From Pelomicrobium sp. (GTDB taxonomy: Bacteria > Pseudomonadota > Gammaproteobacteria > Burkholderiales > UBA6910), in contig NZ_DAIRTR010000001.1 of assembly GCF_036803785.1 (NCBI RefSeq), positions 8,222-72,221 of the forward strand: DNA of 64,000 nt, written 5' to 3'. The translations under genes and the position numbers were made by a program. This document shows positions 10,090 to 18,665 of the stretch, one piece after another. The notes beneath the pieces were generated by a model, which saw only the letters and a list, made by a program, of their open reading frames with translations, was not told the origin of the DNA and made no database searches. Each line of letters opens with the position of its first letter. The first letter of the stretch is position 1.

Positions 10090-10926
10090 ATGCCAGTCAT
10101 CGCGATGAACCAGGAGATGGGCTCAAAGGGTAAGGATGTAGCCGCCCTGCTGGCCCAGCAGTTAGGCTTGGCGCTGGTCCGACACGAGGTGGTGGACCAC
10201 GTGGCTGAAAAGATGCGGACGAAGAAGAGCCTCATTCGCCGCATCATGGAAGGCAAGGCCGGACTGATCGAAGGCATGGCCACAGACAAGAAAAGCCTGG
10301 CCATCTATACCGCCGAGGAAGTGTTCGATCTTGCTTTGAAAGGCAATGTCATCATCCGCGGATGGGGCGCGACTTACCTCCTCAGACAAGTATCCCATAT
10401 CCCCTGCGTACGGGTCTGCGCTCCCATGGAAGTGCGGGTCAAGTGGATGATGGAGCGGCTCGAAACCGACGACGAAGAGCTGGTGCGTCAGGAGCTGCGG
10501 CGCAGCGACGCTGCTCATATCGCCAATATGCAACAGCGCTTCGGCGTCACCTGGGGCGACCCCCTGATCTATGACCTGGTCCTCAACACGGAACGGCTGT
10601 CGGTGGAGACGTGCGCCGAAGAAATCAAGCTGTTGCTACAGCGCCCTGAGTTCCAGGAAACCCCGGAGTCGCGGGCAAAGCTGCAGAACTTGGCGCTGGA
10701 AGCGCGGGTGCGGGCGGCGCTCAAGAGTGACCCCGACACCGATGACATTAACATCACCATCGAGGCTGACGGCGGGCGCGTGAAGCTGCTCGGTATTGTG
10801 CTGCACGACAGCGAGCGCACCGCGGCGGAGAAAACAGTGCGCGCCGTGCCGGGCGTGACGGCAGTCGAGAATGAGCTCAAAGTAATGTCGCGAGCGCGTA
10901 TTTTCACATCCGAGAAATACGACTGA
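10090..10926 (+). CDS. Cytidylate-kinase-like family protein fused to a C-terminal BON domain
   Basis: 278 aa. The N-terminal approximately 190 aa resemble the cytidylate-kinase-like family with a degenerate P-loop (EMGSKGKDV). The C-terminus (INITIEADGGRVKLLGIVLHDSERTAAEKTVRAVPGVTAVENELKV) is BON-like. Confidence 0.55.
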   Translation: MPVIAMNQEMGSKGKDVAALLAQQLGLALVRHEVVDHVAEKMRTKKSLIRRIMEGKAGLIEGMATDKKSLAIYTAEEVFDLALKGNVIIRGWGATYLLRQVSHIPCVRVCAPMEVRVKWMMERLETDDEELVRQELRRSDAAHIANMQQRFGVTWGDPLIYDLVLNTERLSVETCAEEIKLLLQRPEFQETPESRAKLQNLALEARVRAALKSDPDTDDINITIEADGGRVKLLGIVLHDSERTAAEKTVRAVPGVTAVENELKVMSRARIFTSEKYD

Positions 10927-11062
10927 GCTCGTTGCCCGGGGCTCGCGGTGGAGCTGCCGGTGAATGGTCGACAAATCATTTCCGCACTCTGTTTGCTCTT
11001 TCCTACCCCGGAGCGGGAGAGAGGGAGAGTTTGGCGCCCGTCAGGCACTGAGGGGACGCCCG

Positions 11063-11677
11063 CTAGATCTCGATTTTGCCCTTGTGCTTGAGCCGACTTA
11101 AGGTTTCTGGCGACAGGTTGAGGTAGGACGCCAGCTCCTTCTTGGGGAGCCGCTCCGTCAACTCGGGATGCTTGCGCATGAAGCGATGCACTCGACCCGG
11201 AGCATCCAACAGGTGGAGCGTGATGGTGTGGGCCATCACCTCGCTCATCAATTTCATCACCTCAAACTCAAAGTCGGCCTTGACGCTTGGATGCCGGTCC
11301 ATGAAGCGTACCCATTGTTCCATGGAAAGCTTGGCGGTGCGTACCCGGGTGACAGCGCGGATCGAGTACGGGATAGGGGTTTTCAGGCGCCAGGCAGCGT
11401 AGCTCGTGTCAATGTCGCTTTCTGCCGCGAAGCGCAGGATCATTTCCTTTCCTTCCTTGTTCGTCACCACCCGCTTGAGAATACCTTCGATGATGAAGTA
11501 TTGCTCCATGGAAAGGTCACCCTGGTTTTCCAGGGATCTTCCTTTCGGATAGTCGGCGATTTCGAGCAAAGGCTCCAGTTCTTCCCACGCCTCCTGGGGC
11601 ATGTTCTTGAGCACCAGGTTTTGCCGCAGCTGTAGGCGCAGGATTTTGTATTCGGGGTGGGCGACTAGGGCGACCAT
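11063..11677 (-). CDS. Crp/Fnr-family transcriptional regulator (cysteine-free)
   Basis: 204 aa. It has an N-terminal cNMP-binding-like beta-roll and a C-terminal HTH (ELASYLNLSPETLSRLKHKG) with the E-x2-SR recognition motif. The protein contains no Cys, so it is not an Fe-S oxygen sensor. Confidence 0.8.
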   Translation of the reverse strand: MVALVAHPEYKILRLQLRQNLVLKNMPQEAWEELEPLLEIADYPKGRSLENQGDLSMEQYFIIEGILKRVVTNKEGKEMILRFAAESDIDTSYAAWRLKTPIPYSIRAVTRVRTAKLSMEQWVRFMDRHPSVKADFEFEVMKLMSEVMAHTITLHLLDAPGRVHRFMRKHPELTERLPKKELASYLNLSPETLSRLKHKGKIEI

Positions 11678-11736
11678 CGAGGAGCGGCAGGTTCAGCGAA
11701 CGTCAGCCGGAAGAAAAGGTCGGAGAAGCTCGAATA

Positions 11737-11750
11737 TTGACCGCGGTCAA
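11737..11750. promoter_or_regulatory. Crp/Fnr-family type palindrome TTGACCGCGGTCAA in the divergent regulator/oxc spacer
   Basis: Perfect TTGAC-N4-GTCAA, about 67 bp from the regulator start (11677, minus strand) and about 107 bp upstream of the oxc ATG (11851). Confidence 0.55.
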
Positions 11751-11850
11751 TGCCGAAAGCCCGGCAACTGCTTAAATTTCTGTGTAATTCTTAATTTTAT
11801 TTCATCAAGCGCAGGATTCGCAATTCCCAACGAACGGTCAGGAGGAAATC

Positions 11851-13545
11851 ATGGGAACCGTGGAAACACAAGTCGCCAGCGGCCAAGACGTCAAGCTGAT
11901 CAGCGGCGGCCAGATCGTAGCCAAGTTTCTCAAGCAGGAAGGCATTAACCACATTTTCACCATTTCCGGCGGGCACATCATCGATATCTACAACGGCTGC
12001 CTGGACGAGGGGATCCGCATCGTGGACGTACGCCACGAACAGGTGGCTGCCCACGCGGCCGACGCCTATGCCCGCATCACCGGCAACCTCGGATGTGCCG
12101 TGGTGACCGCCGGCCCGGGCACGACCGACGCGGTGACGGGTGTCGCCAACGCTTTCCGGGCGGAGTCGCCCATGCTGCTGATCGGGGGCGGCGGCCCGCT
12201 CAAGCAGTACAAGATGGGAGCGCTGCAGGACCTCGCTCACGTTCCCATGATGACGCCCATCACCAAGTTCGCTTCTACCGTAATGACCACCGAGCGTTGT
12301 GCCGAGATGATGAGTCAGGCGGTGCGCGAGATGTACAACGGCGCGCCAGGGCCCGGCTATCTGGAAATCCCGCACGACGTGCTAGACGGCAAGGTAGACG
12401 CGTCGAAGGTGCGCATCCCCAAGAATTATCGGGTACGAGGCGAGTTCATCGGCGATCCCAACGAGCTGGCTAGGGCGGCTGAGGCCATTGCCAGCGCGGA
12501 GCGGCCGGTGGTCCTGTTTGGCACCCAGACCCGCACTTGTCGAGCGCACGAGGCGGTGGACCGCTTCGCCCGCCACTTCAACATCCCGGTTTACGTGAAC
12601 GGCGCTGCGCGCGGTACTCTGCCTCGCAACCATCCGTACAACTTCATGCCTTCCCGGCGCGTCGCATTCGACAATGCGGATGTGATCTTCTTGGTAGGCA
12701 CGCCCCTCGACTTCCGCATGGGCTATGGCCGCAGGCTCAATCCGAAGGCGAAGATCATCATCCTCGACATGGACTACAAGAACGTCGGCTATAACCGGGA
12801 CTTCGACATCGGCCTGGTCGGCAACATCCGGGCGATCCTGAACGCCATGTGCGAGGCATCCAAAGGCGACGTGGCGCGCAAGCACGATCCCTTCATCAAG
12901 ATGCTGCGCGAGGAAGAGGAAAAGACCAAAAACAAGAACGACAAGATCATCAAGGACGACAGCCGGGTGCCGATTCATCCGCTACGCCTGGTCCACGAGA
13001 TCAACGAGTTCCTATTAGAGGACACCGTGTTCATCGGCGACGGAGGTGACATCGTGACCTTCTCGGGTTCAGTGGTGAAGCCTCACAAGCCGGGTGGCTG
13101 GATGGATCCGGGTCCTCTAGGTACCCTCGGGGTAGGCACGGGGTTTGCCCTTGCTTCTAAACTGCTGCAGCCCGAGCGCGACGTGGTGGTGCTCTTTGGC
13201 GATGGCTCTTTTGGCCTGACCGGTTTTGATTTTGAGACCATGGTGCGCAATAAGCTGCCCTTCGTCGGGGTGATCGGCAACAACGCCTCGTGGAACCAGA
13301 TCCGCTACGGCCAGGCGATGAAATATGGCAAGGAGCGGGGCGATGTGGGTAACGTGCTCGCCGATGTGCGCTTCGACAAGTTCGCCGAAGCCATGGGTGG
13401 TTTCGGCATCCGGGTGACCGAACCCAGCCAGATCCGGCCGGCGCTGGAAAAGGCCCGGGATGCGGGCGTGCCGGCCTTGGTGGACGTGGTAATCGACCGG
13501 GAGGTGTACTCGAGCGGCACCATGAATCAGACCATGTACAAGTAG
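11851..13545 (+). CDS. oxc: Thiamine-diphosphate enzyme of the oxalyl-CoA decarboxylase / 2-hydroxyacyl-CoA lyase family
   Basis: 564 aa with the three-domain ThDP architecture (N-terminal RHEQVAAHAADAY, C-terminal GDGSFG...NN motif). It lies immediately upstream of frc. An Oxc versus HACL assignment cannot be made from the sequence alone. Confidence 0.65.
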   Translation: MGTVETQVASGQDVKLISGGQIVAKFLKQEGINHIFTISGGHIIDIYNGCLDEGIRIVDVRHEQVAAHAADAYARITGNLGCAVVTAGPGTTDAVTGVANAFRAESPMLLIGGGGPLKQYKMGALQDLAHVPMMTPITKFASTVMTTERCAEMMSQAVREMYNGAPGPGYLEIPHDVLDGKVDASKVRIPKNYRVRGEFIGDPNELARAAEAIASAERPVVLFGTQTRTCRAHEAVDRFARHFNIPVYVNGAARGTLPRNHPYNFMPSRRVAFDNADVIFLVGTPLDFRMGYGRRLNPKAKIIILDMDYKNVGYNRDFDIGLVGNIRAILNAMCEASKGDVARKHDPFIKMLREEEEKTKNKNDKIIKDDSRVPIHPLRLVHEINEFLLEDTVFIGDGGDIVTFSGSVVKPHKPGGWMDPGPLGTLGVGTGFALASKLLQPERDVVVLFGDGSFGLTGFDFETMVRNKLPFVGVIGNNASWNQIRYGQAMKYGKERGDVGNVLADVRFDKFAEAMGGFGIRVTEPSQIRPALEKARDAGVPALVDVVIDREVYSSGTMNQTMYK

Positions 13546-13707
13546 GTCGTCACTAGGGGCTGCGGCGTTTGGCTGCTTCGGCCTGCCGCAGCTCCTTTGG
13601 TTCTCGGCATATAATCCGACCGGTGCGATCGCTGGTTCAGTGGTGGCAAAGGCAGGCCCAAGACATGGCCGGCATCCGGTTCCCAGTCATGAGGAGGTGA
13701 GATTTTC

Positions 13708-14991
13708 ATGGACAAGGCACTCTCGGGATTTCGAATCCTGGACATGACCCACGTTCAGGCGGGGCCCACCGCCTCGCAGCTGCTTGCCTGGCTCGGGGCT
13801 GACGTGATCAAACTGGAACCTCCCACGGGAGACGTGACCCGCGGCCAGTTGCGCGACATCCCGAACGCGGACAGCTTGTATTTCACCATGCTCAACTGCA
13901 ACAAGCGGTCGATCACGGTGAACCTCAAGAATCCCATGGGCAAAGAGGTGCTGACCGATTTGATCAAGAAGTGCGACGTCCTCATGGAAAACTTCGGCCC
14001 CGGGGTGCTGGACCGGCTGGGTTTCTCTTGGGAGAAGGTGCGACACATCAACCCGCGCATCGTCATGGCTTCTATTAAGGGATTCGGCAGCTCCGGTCCT
14101 TACGCCGATTTCAAGGCCTATGAGAACGTGGCTCAGGCCATGGGAGGCTCCATGAGCACCACGGGTTTTCCCGACGGACCGCCCCTGGTAACCGGCGCCC
14201 AGATCGGCGACTCGGGAACAGGGCTACATCTTGCCATCGGCATTCTGGCTGCTTTGCACCATCGCAACCGCACCGGCCGCGGCCAGTATGTGGAAGTAGC
14301 GATGATGGATGGCGTCATGAACCTGTGTCGGGTCAAGTTCCGCGATCACCAGCGGCTCCAGCGCGGCCCTCTACCTGAATACTCGGTGCCGACTGAGGGT
14401 CTCAAGGCCACACCTCGGGCGGGTAACGACTCGGGTGGTGGCCAGCTCGGAAACGCCATCAAGTGCAAGCCCGGCGGTCCCAACGACTATCTCTACGTCG
14501 TTGTGCAAGAAGCGGTGTGGGAGGCACTGGCCAATCGTGTGGGGGGTGAAGCTTTGGCCAAGGATCCTCGCTTCGCTACCATTGGTGAGCGTCGCAAAAA
14601 CCAGAAGGAGATGTGGCGCATCCTGAACGAGTTTGCTTCCAACTACACCAAGTGGGAGTTGATGAAGATTCTAAACGAGCTCGACGTGCCATGCGGCCCC
14701 ATCATGAGCACGGAGGATCTTGTGAACGACGAGCACGTTAAGCTTCGGGAGATGATCGTCGAGCTGGATCATCCCCAGCGTGGCAAGTGGTACAACGTCG
14801 GCATGCCGATCAAGCTCTCCGATTCACCGGCGGAGATCAAGCGCTCGCCTTTGCTGGGAGAGCACACCGACGAGATTCTGGCGGAGGTGCTCGGTTACTC
14901 CCAGGAGCATATCAGCTCCTTGCGTGAGGCAGGCGCCTTTTCCAAGCAGCCCGCCAAGGTGCCAGAATACCACGAGCCACGCACGGACTAG
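13708..14991 (+). CDS. frc: Formyl-CoA:oxalate CoA-transferase (class III CoA-transferase)
   Basis: 427 aa. From memory, it closely resembles Oxalobacter Frc along the whole length ([60 protein letters not shown]). Confidence 0.9.
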   Translation: MDKALSGFRILDMTHVQAGPTASQLLAWLGADVIKLEPPTGDVTRGQLRDIPNADSLYFTMLNCNKRSITVNLKNPMGKEVLTDLIKKCDVLMENFGPGVLDRLGFSWEKVRHINPRIVMASIKGFGSSGPYADFKAYENVAQAMGGSMSTTGFPDGPPLVTGAQIGDSGTGLHLAIGILAALHHRNRTGRGQYVEVAMMDGVMNLCRVKFRDHQRLQRGPLPEYSVPTEGLKATPRAGNDSGGGQLGNAIKCKPGGPNDYLYVVVQEAVWEALANRVGGEALAKDPRFATIGERRKNQKEMWRILNEFASNYTKWELMKILNELDVPCGPIMSTEDLVNDEHVKLREMIVELDHPQRGKWYNVGMPIKLSDSPAEIKRSPLLGEHTDEILAEVLGYSQEHISSLREAGAFSKQPAKVPEYHEPRTD

Positions 14992-15118
14992 ATCCTGCTG
15001 GAAGGAACACAGACATCAGAGTTGCCAATTATCGGTTAACAGGATTTTGGTTTCGGTTCACGTTAACCCCTTTGGCGAACGTGAGCCATTACCGAAATCT
15101 TGCTGAGGGGAGTCCGAA

Positions 15119-16051
15119 ATGAGAGTTGCCATTATTGGCCAGCAAGATTTTGGCAAGGCGGTGATGGAGGCCTTTCTTGCCCGCGGCGACACCGTCGCAG
15201 GCGTGTTCGTGGCCCCCGAGAAGGCAGGGGCCAAACCGGATCCGCTGAAACTGGCCGCCCAGGAGAAGGGGTTACCCCTGTTTCAGTTCCCGTCTTACAG
15301 GAAAGCAGAGGCCCAGGACGCGTTGCGTCAGCTCAAAGTGGACCTGGGTATCATGGCTTACGTGCTGTTGTTCGCGCCCCAGGAGTTCGTGAACATTCCC
15401 AAGCACGGCACTATTCAGTACCACCCGTCCTTGCTGCCAAAGTATCGCGGCCCCAGCTCCATCAACTGGCCCATCATTCGCGGTGACACCCGCACGGGCC
15501 TCACCATCTTCCGTCCAACCGATGGGCTGGACGAGGGGCCGGTCATCCTGCAGAAGGAAGTGGATATTGGGCCTGACGAGACTCTGGGGGATGTGTACTT
15601 CAACAAACTCTTCCCCCTGGGTGTCCAGGCCATGCTGGAAGCAGCGGACCTGGTCGTCGCGGGCAAGCACAAGGAAATGGTGCAGGACGAATCCCAGGCG
15701 AGCTACGAGGGCTGGTGCCGCGAGGCCGAGGCGCGGATCAACTGGCACAACCATGTGGACTTCATCTATAACCTAATCCGAGGCTGCAACCCGGCGCCCG
15801 GCGCATGGACGACCCTGGGCGGGAAGAAGCTGCAGATTTTCGATGCCCGCAAGTCGGTCTATCGCCGTTTTGGCGACGTAAGCGGCAAAATCGGGGAGGT
15901 CACCCAGATCACCGACACTGGCTTCAAGGTGAGCGCTCAGGGCGGACAGATTGAGGTGATGCGGGTCAAGCCTGAGGAGGGCAAGAAGGTCTCCGCTGCG
16001 GAATTCGTAAAGGCTGCGGGTATCACAGTGGGGACCATGCTGGGGACCTGA
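15119..16051 (+). CDS. Stand-alone formyltransferase resembling the N-terminal (hydrolase/formyl-transfer) domain of 10-formyl-THF dehydrogenase
   Basis: 310 aa. It contains Formyl_trans_N and Formyl_trans_C-like regions. Motifs seen: IIGQQDFGKAV, IQYHPSLLPKYRGPSSINW, DGLDEGPV, ASYEGW...INW and NPAPGAWT. Confidence 0.75.
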   Translation: MRVAIIGQQDFGKAVMEAFLARGDTVAGVFVAPEKAGAKPDPLKLAAQEKGLPLFQFPSYRKAEAQDALRQLKVDLGIMAYVLLFAPQEFVNIPKHGTIQYHPSLLPKYRGPSSINWPIIRGDTRTGLTIFRPTDGLDEGPVILQKEVDIGPDETLGDVYFNKLFPLGVQAMLEAADLVVAGKHKEMVQDESQASYEGWCREAEARINWHNHVDFIYNLIRGCNPAPGAWTTLGGKKLQIFDARKSVYRRFGDVSGKIGEVTQITDTGFKVSAQGGQIEVMRVKPEEGKKVSAAEFVKAAGITVGTMLGT

Positions 16052-16080
16052 GGGGCAAGTCTTTCACCCCTTCATTCGGA

Positions 16081-16108
16081 GGCCAGCGGATTCGCTGGCC
16101 TTTTTGTT
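16081..16108 (+). terminator. Rho-independent terminator after the formyltransferase gene
   Basis: GGCCAGCG-GATT-CGCTGGCC hairpin (8-bp stem) followed by TTTTTGTTT. Confidence 0.7.
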
Positions 16109-16200
16109 TGCCCAGCCTTCGGCAATCATTTATTTTTTCCTTGAAATCGTATATTTTATAAGCAACTAGGAAAACAACTTTAAGAGGTTTCTTTGATTCC

Positions 16201-17052
16201 GTGTCTAATAAGCGGGACAGCCCTATGAAGCCGGGGGATGCGCTGGAAATGGTCAGCGTAACTGATCCTGGCATGGTCCGTGCTCATAACGAGGACAGCG
16301 TCGGGATCCTGCCTGAGGAAGGGGTCGCGATCCTGGCAGACGGGATGGGGGGCTACAACGCGGGAGAGGTGGCGAGCGGGATCGTGGTGTCGCTCATGAC
16401 GGCCGAGCTCAAGGAGGCGTTGGCCCAACAGGATCCGGCAGCCATTGATCCCATGAGCGGCAAGCTGATGGCGGAAACCATGCTGAGGAGGGAGATCCGG
16501 CGAGCCAACGCCTCAGTCTATCAGGCAGCGCAAACCCTGCCCCAATATGCCGGAATGGGAACCACCCTGGTGGCGGCGCTCTTTTTCGATAACCGGGTGG
16601 CCATCGGCCACATCGGGGATTCGCGCACCTATCGGCTCAGGGGTGAGCAGCTGACGCAAATGACCCGGGATCATTCCCTGCTCCAGGAGCAGATCGACAG
16701 TGGCATGATCAGCCGGGAAGAAGCACGGCAGTCGATGCACAAAAACCTGGTTACCCGGGCGCTGGGAATTGATCCCGAGGTGGATGCGGAAATCCATGTC
16801 CACGATGTGCGGCCCGAGGATATTTACCTGTTGTGCTCGGACGGGTTGAACGACATGGTGGAGGACGAGGATATCCGGCTCACCTTGACCAGCCTGCGCT
16901 CCAACCTGCCTCTGGCAGCGCAACAACTTGTGCAGATGGCGAACGACAACGGTGGACGGGATAACGTTTCGGTCATCCTGGTGCGGGCGAGACATGGGTT
17001 TCCGGTGCGGCGGCACAGGCTCGCAAACCTGCTCTCAAAGCTCAAGAAATAA
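16201..17052 (+). CDS. PP2C-family Ser/Thr protein phosphatase
   Basis: Motifs TDPGMVRAHNEDS, ADGMGGYNAGEVAS, LLCSDGL and DNVSVILV. The GTG at 16201 is the ORF-track start; the ATG codons at 16225 or 16249 are plausible true starts. Confidence 0.85.
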   Translation: MSNKRDSPMKPGDALEMVSVTDPGMVRAHNEDSVGILPEEGVAILADGMGGYNAGEVASGIVVSLMTAELKEALAQQDPAAIDPMSGKLMAETMLRREIRRANASVYQAAQTLPQYAGMGTTLVAALFFDNRVAIGHIGDSRTYRLRGEQLTQMTRDHSLLQEQIDSGMISREEARQSMHKNLVTRALGIDPEVDAEIHVHDVRPEDIYLLCSDGLNDMVEDEDIRLTLTSLRSNLPLAAQQLVQMANDNGGRDNVSVILVRARHGFPVRRHRLANLLSKLKK

Positions 17053-17070
17053 AGTCGGAAGGGCCTTCCT

Positions 17071-17796
17071 ATGGCGGCGAAACTGATACTCAGCATGGAT
17101 GGGCTAGTGCTTAAGGAGTTCCCTCTGAACAAGGAGCGCATCACCATCGGCCGCAAATCAACCAACGACATTCACATCGACAATCTCGCTGTCAGCGGGA
17201 ACCACGCGGTAATCGTTACCATTCTGAACGACTCGTTCCTGGAAGACCTGAACAGTACTAACGGGACGATGGTTAACGGCAAGCAGATCCAGAAACACTT
17301 CCTGCAGCACGGGGACGTAATCGAGATCGGCAAGTACAAACTCAAGTACCTTAACGATCAGACCACTTTGCGGTCGCAGGGAGATTTCGAGAAAACCATG
17401 GTGCTCAAGCGTCCGCCGACTGCAAGCCAGCCAGAGCCCCGATTGGGGGGTGCCGAGCTCGCAACCCGATCAGCGTCCATGTCCATGCCACCGTCGTTCC
17501 AGCCTGCTTCTGCCGGCACTAAAACGGTGCTACCGCCAGCTGCGATTCAGGTGTTGAGCGGGCCAGCTGCCGGGCGAGAACTGGTGATCGCCAAGACGCT
17601 GACCACCCTAGGCAAGCCTGGTCTCCAGGTGGCGGTGATTGCCAAGCGGCCCCACGGTTATTTCCTGACTCACGTGGAGGGCGACCAGCATCCGGTAGTC
17701 AACGGCAAGACCATTGGGACTCATCCACGACAACTTCACGATCACGACATCATCGAGCTCGCTGGCGTAAAGCTGGAATTCTTCTACAAGTCATGA
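17071..17796 (+). CDS. FHA-domain protein (canonical N-terminal FHA plus degenerate C-terminal FHA-like domain)
   Basis: The N-terminus reads ITIGRKSTNDIHIDNLAVSGNHAVIV...NSTNGTMVNGKQI. The C-terminus reads TLGKPG...THVEGDQHPVVNGKTI...IIELAGVKLEFF. A low-complexity linker joins them. Confidence 0.8.
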   Translation: MAAKLILSMDGLVLKEFPLNKERITIGRKSTNDIHIDNLAVSGNHAVIVTILNDSFLEDLNSTNGTMVNGKQIQKHFLQHGDVIEIGKYKLKYLNDQTTLRSQGDFEKTMVLKRPPTASQPEPRLGGAELATRSASMSMPPSFQPASAGTKTVLPPAAIQVLSGPAAGRELVIAKTLTTLGKPGLQVAVIAKRPHGYFLTHVEGDQHPVVNGKTIGTHPRQLHDHDIIELAGVKLEFFYKS

Positions 17797-17860
17797 GCGA
17801 ACGGGCGATAGGATTGATGGACGTCGCAACCCTCATCATGTCCAAGGCGGACCAGGCAGA

Positions 17861-18631
17861 ATGAAACTGAGAGTTCTGGGCTGCAGCGGTGGGATAGGGG
17901 GGACGCTCCGGACGACATCCATGCTGCTCGACGATGATATCCTGATTGACGCGGGAACTGGGGTCGGAGACTTAAGCCTCGAGGAGCTCAAGAAAATCGA
18001 CCATGTGTTCGTTACCCATTCCCATCTGGATCACGTGGCCTACATCCCCTTTCTGATAGATACCGTTGGATGGATGAGAAGCGAGCCCGTGACCGTACAT
18101 GCAACGCACGCAACCCTGGAGATTCTCAAAGAACATTTGTTCAACTGGAAGATCTGGCCCGATTTCTCCTGCATTCCAGACCCGGACATCCCGTACATGC
18201 GTTATGACTACCTCAAGGTGGGAGAAACCGTCGACCTAAACGGCAGAAAAATTACGCCACTACCAGCGCACCATGTGGTGCCAGCGGTCGGATTTCGGCT
18301 CGAGGGACAATCAGCAAGTCTCATTTTTTCCGGGGATACCACGACTAACGATGCGCTGTGGGAGTGGGTCAATCGAACCCGAAACCTACGCTATCTCATT
18401 ATCGAGACTGCCTTTGGCGACGGGGAAAGAGATCTAGCGGTTGTCTCAAAACACTTGTGCCCGAGCCTCCTACGCGAAGAGCTGCAGAAGATAGAACTCG
18501 AGGCAAGACCAGAGATCTACATCACGCACCTTAAACCAGGTGAGTCGGATTCGATCTTGAAGGAAATCGAAATGGCGGTGGAAGGTTTTCGGGTAAAAAG
18601 GCTGGAAAGCAATCAGGTATTCGAATTTTAG
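17861..18631 (+). CDS. Class-II 3',5'-cyclic-nucleotide phosphodiesterase-like metallo-beta-lactamase-fold hydrolase
   Basis: 256 aa. It starts MKLRVLGCSGG and carries THSHLDHV (HxHLDH), which partly matches the class-II PDE signature. Confidence 0.6.
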   Translation: MKLRVLGCSGGIGGTLRTTSMLLDDDILIDAGTGVGDLSLEELKKIDHVFVTHSHLDHVAYIPFLIDTVGWMRSEPVTVHATHATLEILKEHLFNWKIWPDFSCIPDPDIPYMRYDYLKVGETVDLNGRKITPLPAHHVVPAVGFRLEGQSASLIFSGDTTTNDALWEWVNRTRNLRYLIIETAFGDGERDLAVVSKHLCPSLLREELQKIELEARPEIYITHLKPGESDSILKEIEMAVEGFRVKRLESNQVFEF

Positions 18632-18665
18632 TGCTTCGCGGCAGATCGGTTCGCCGAACACAAAT

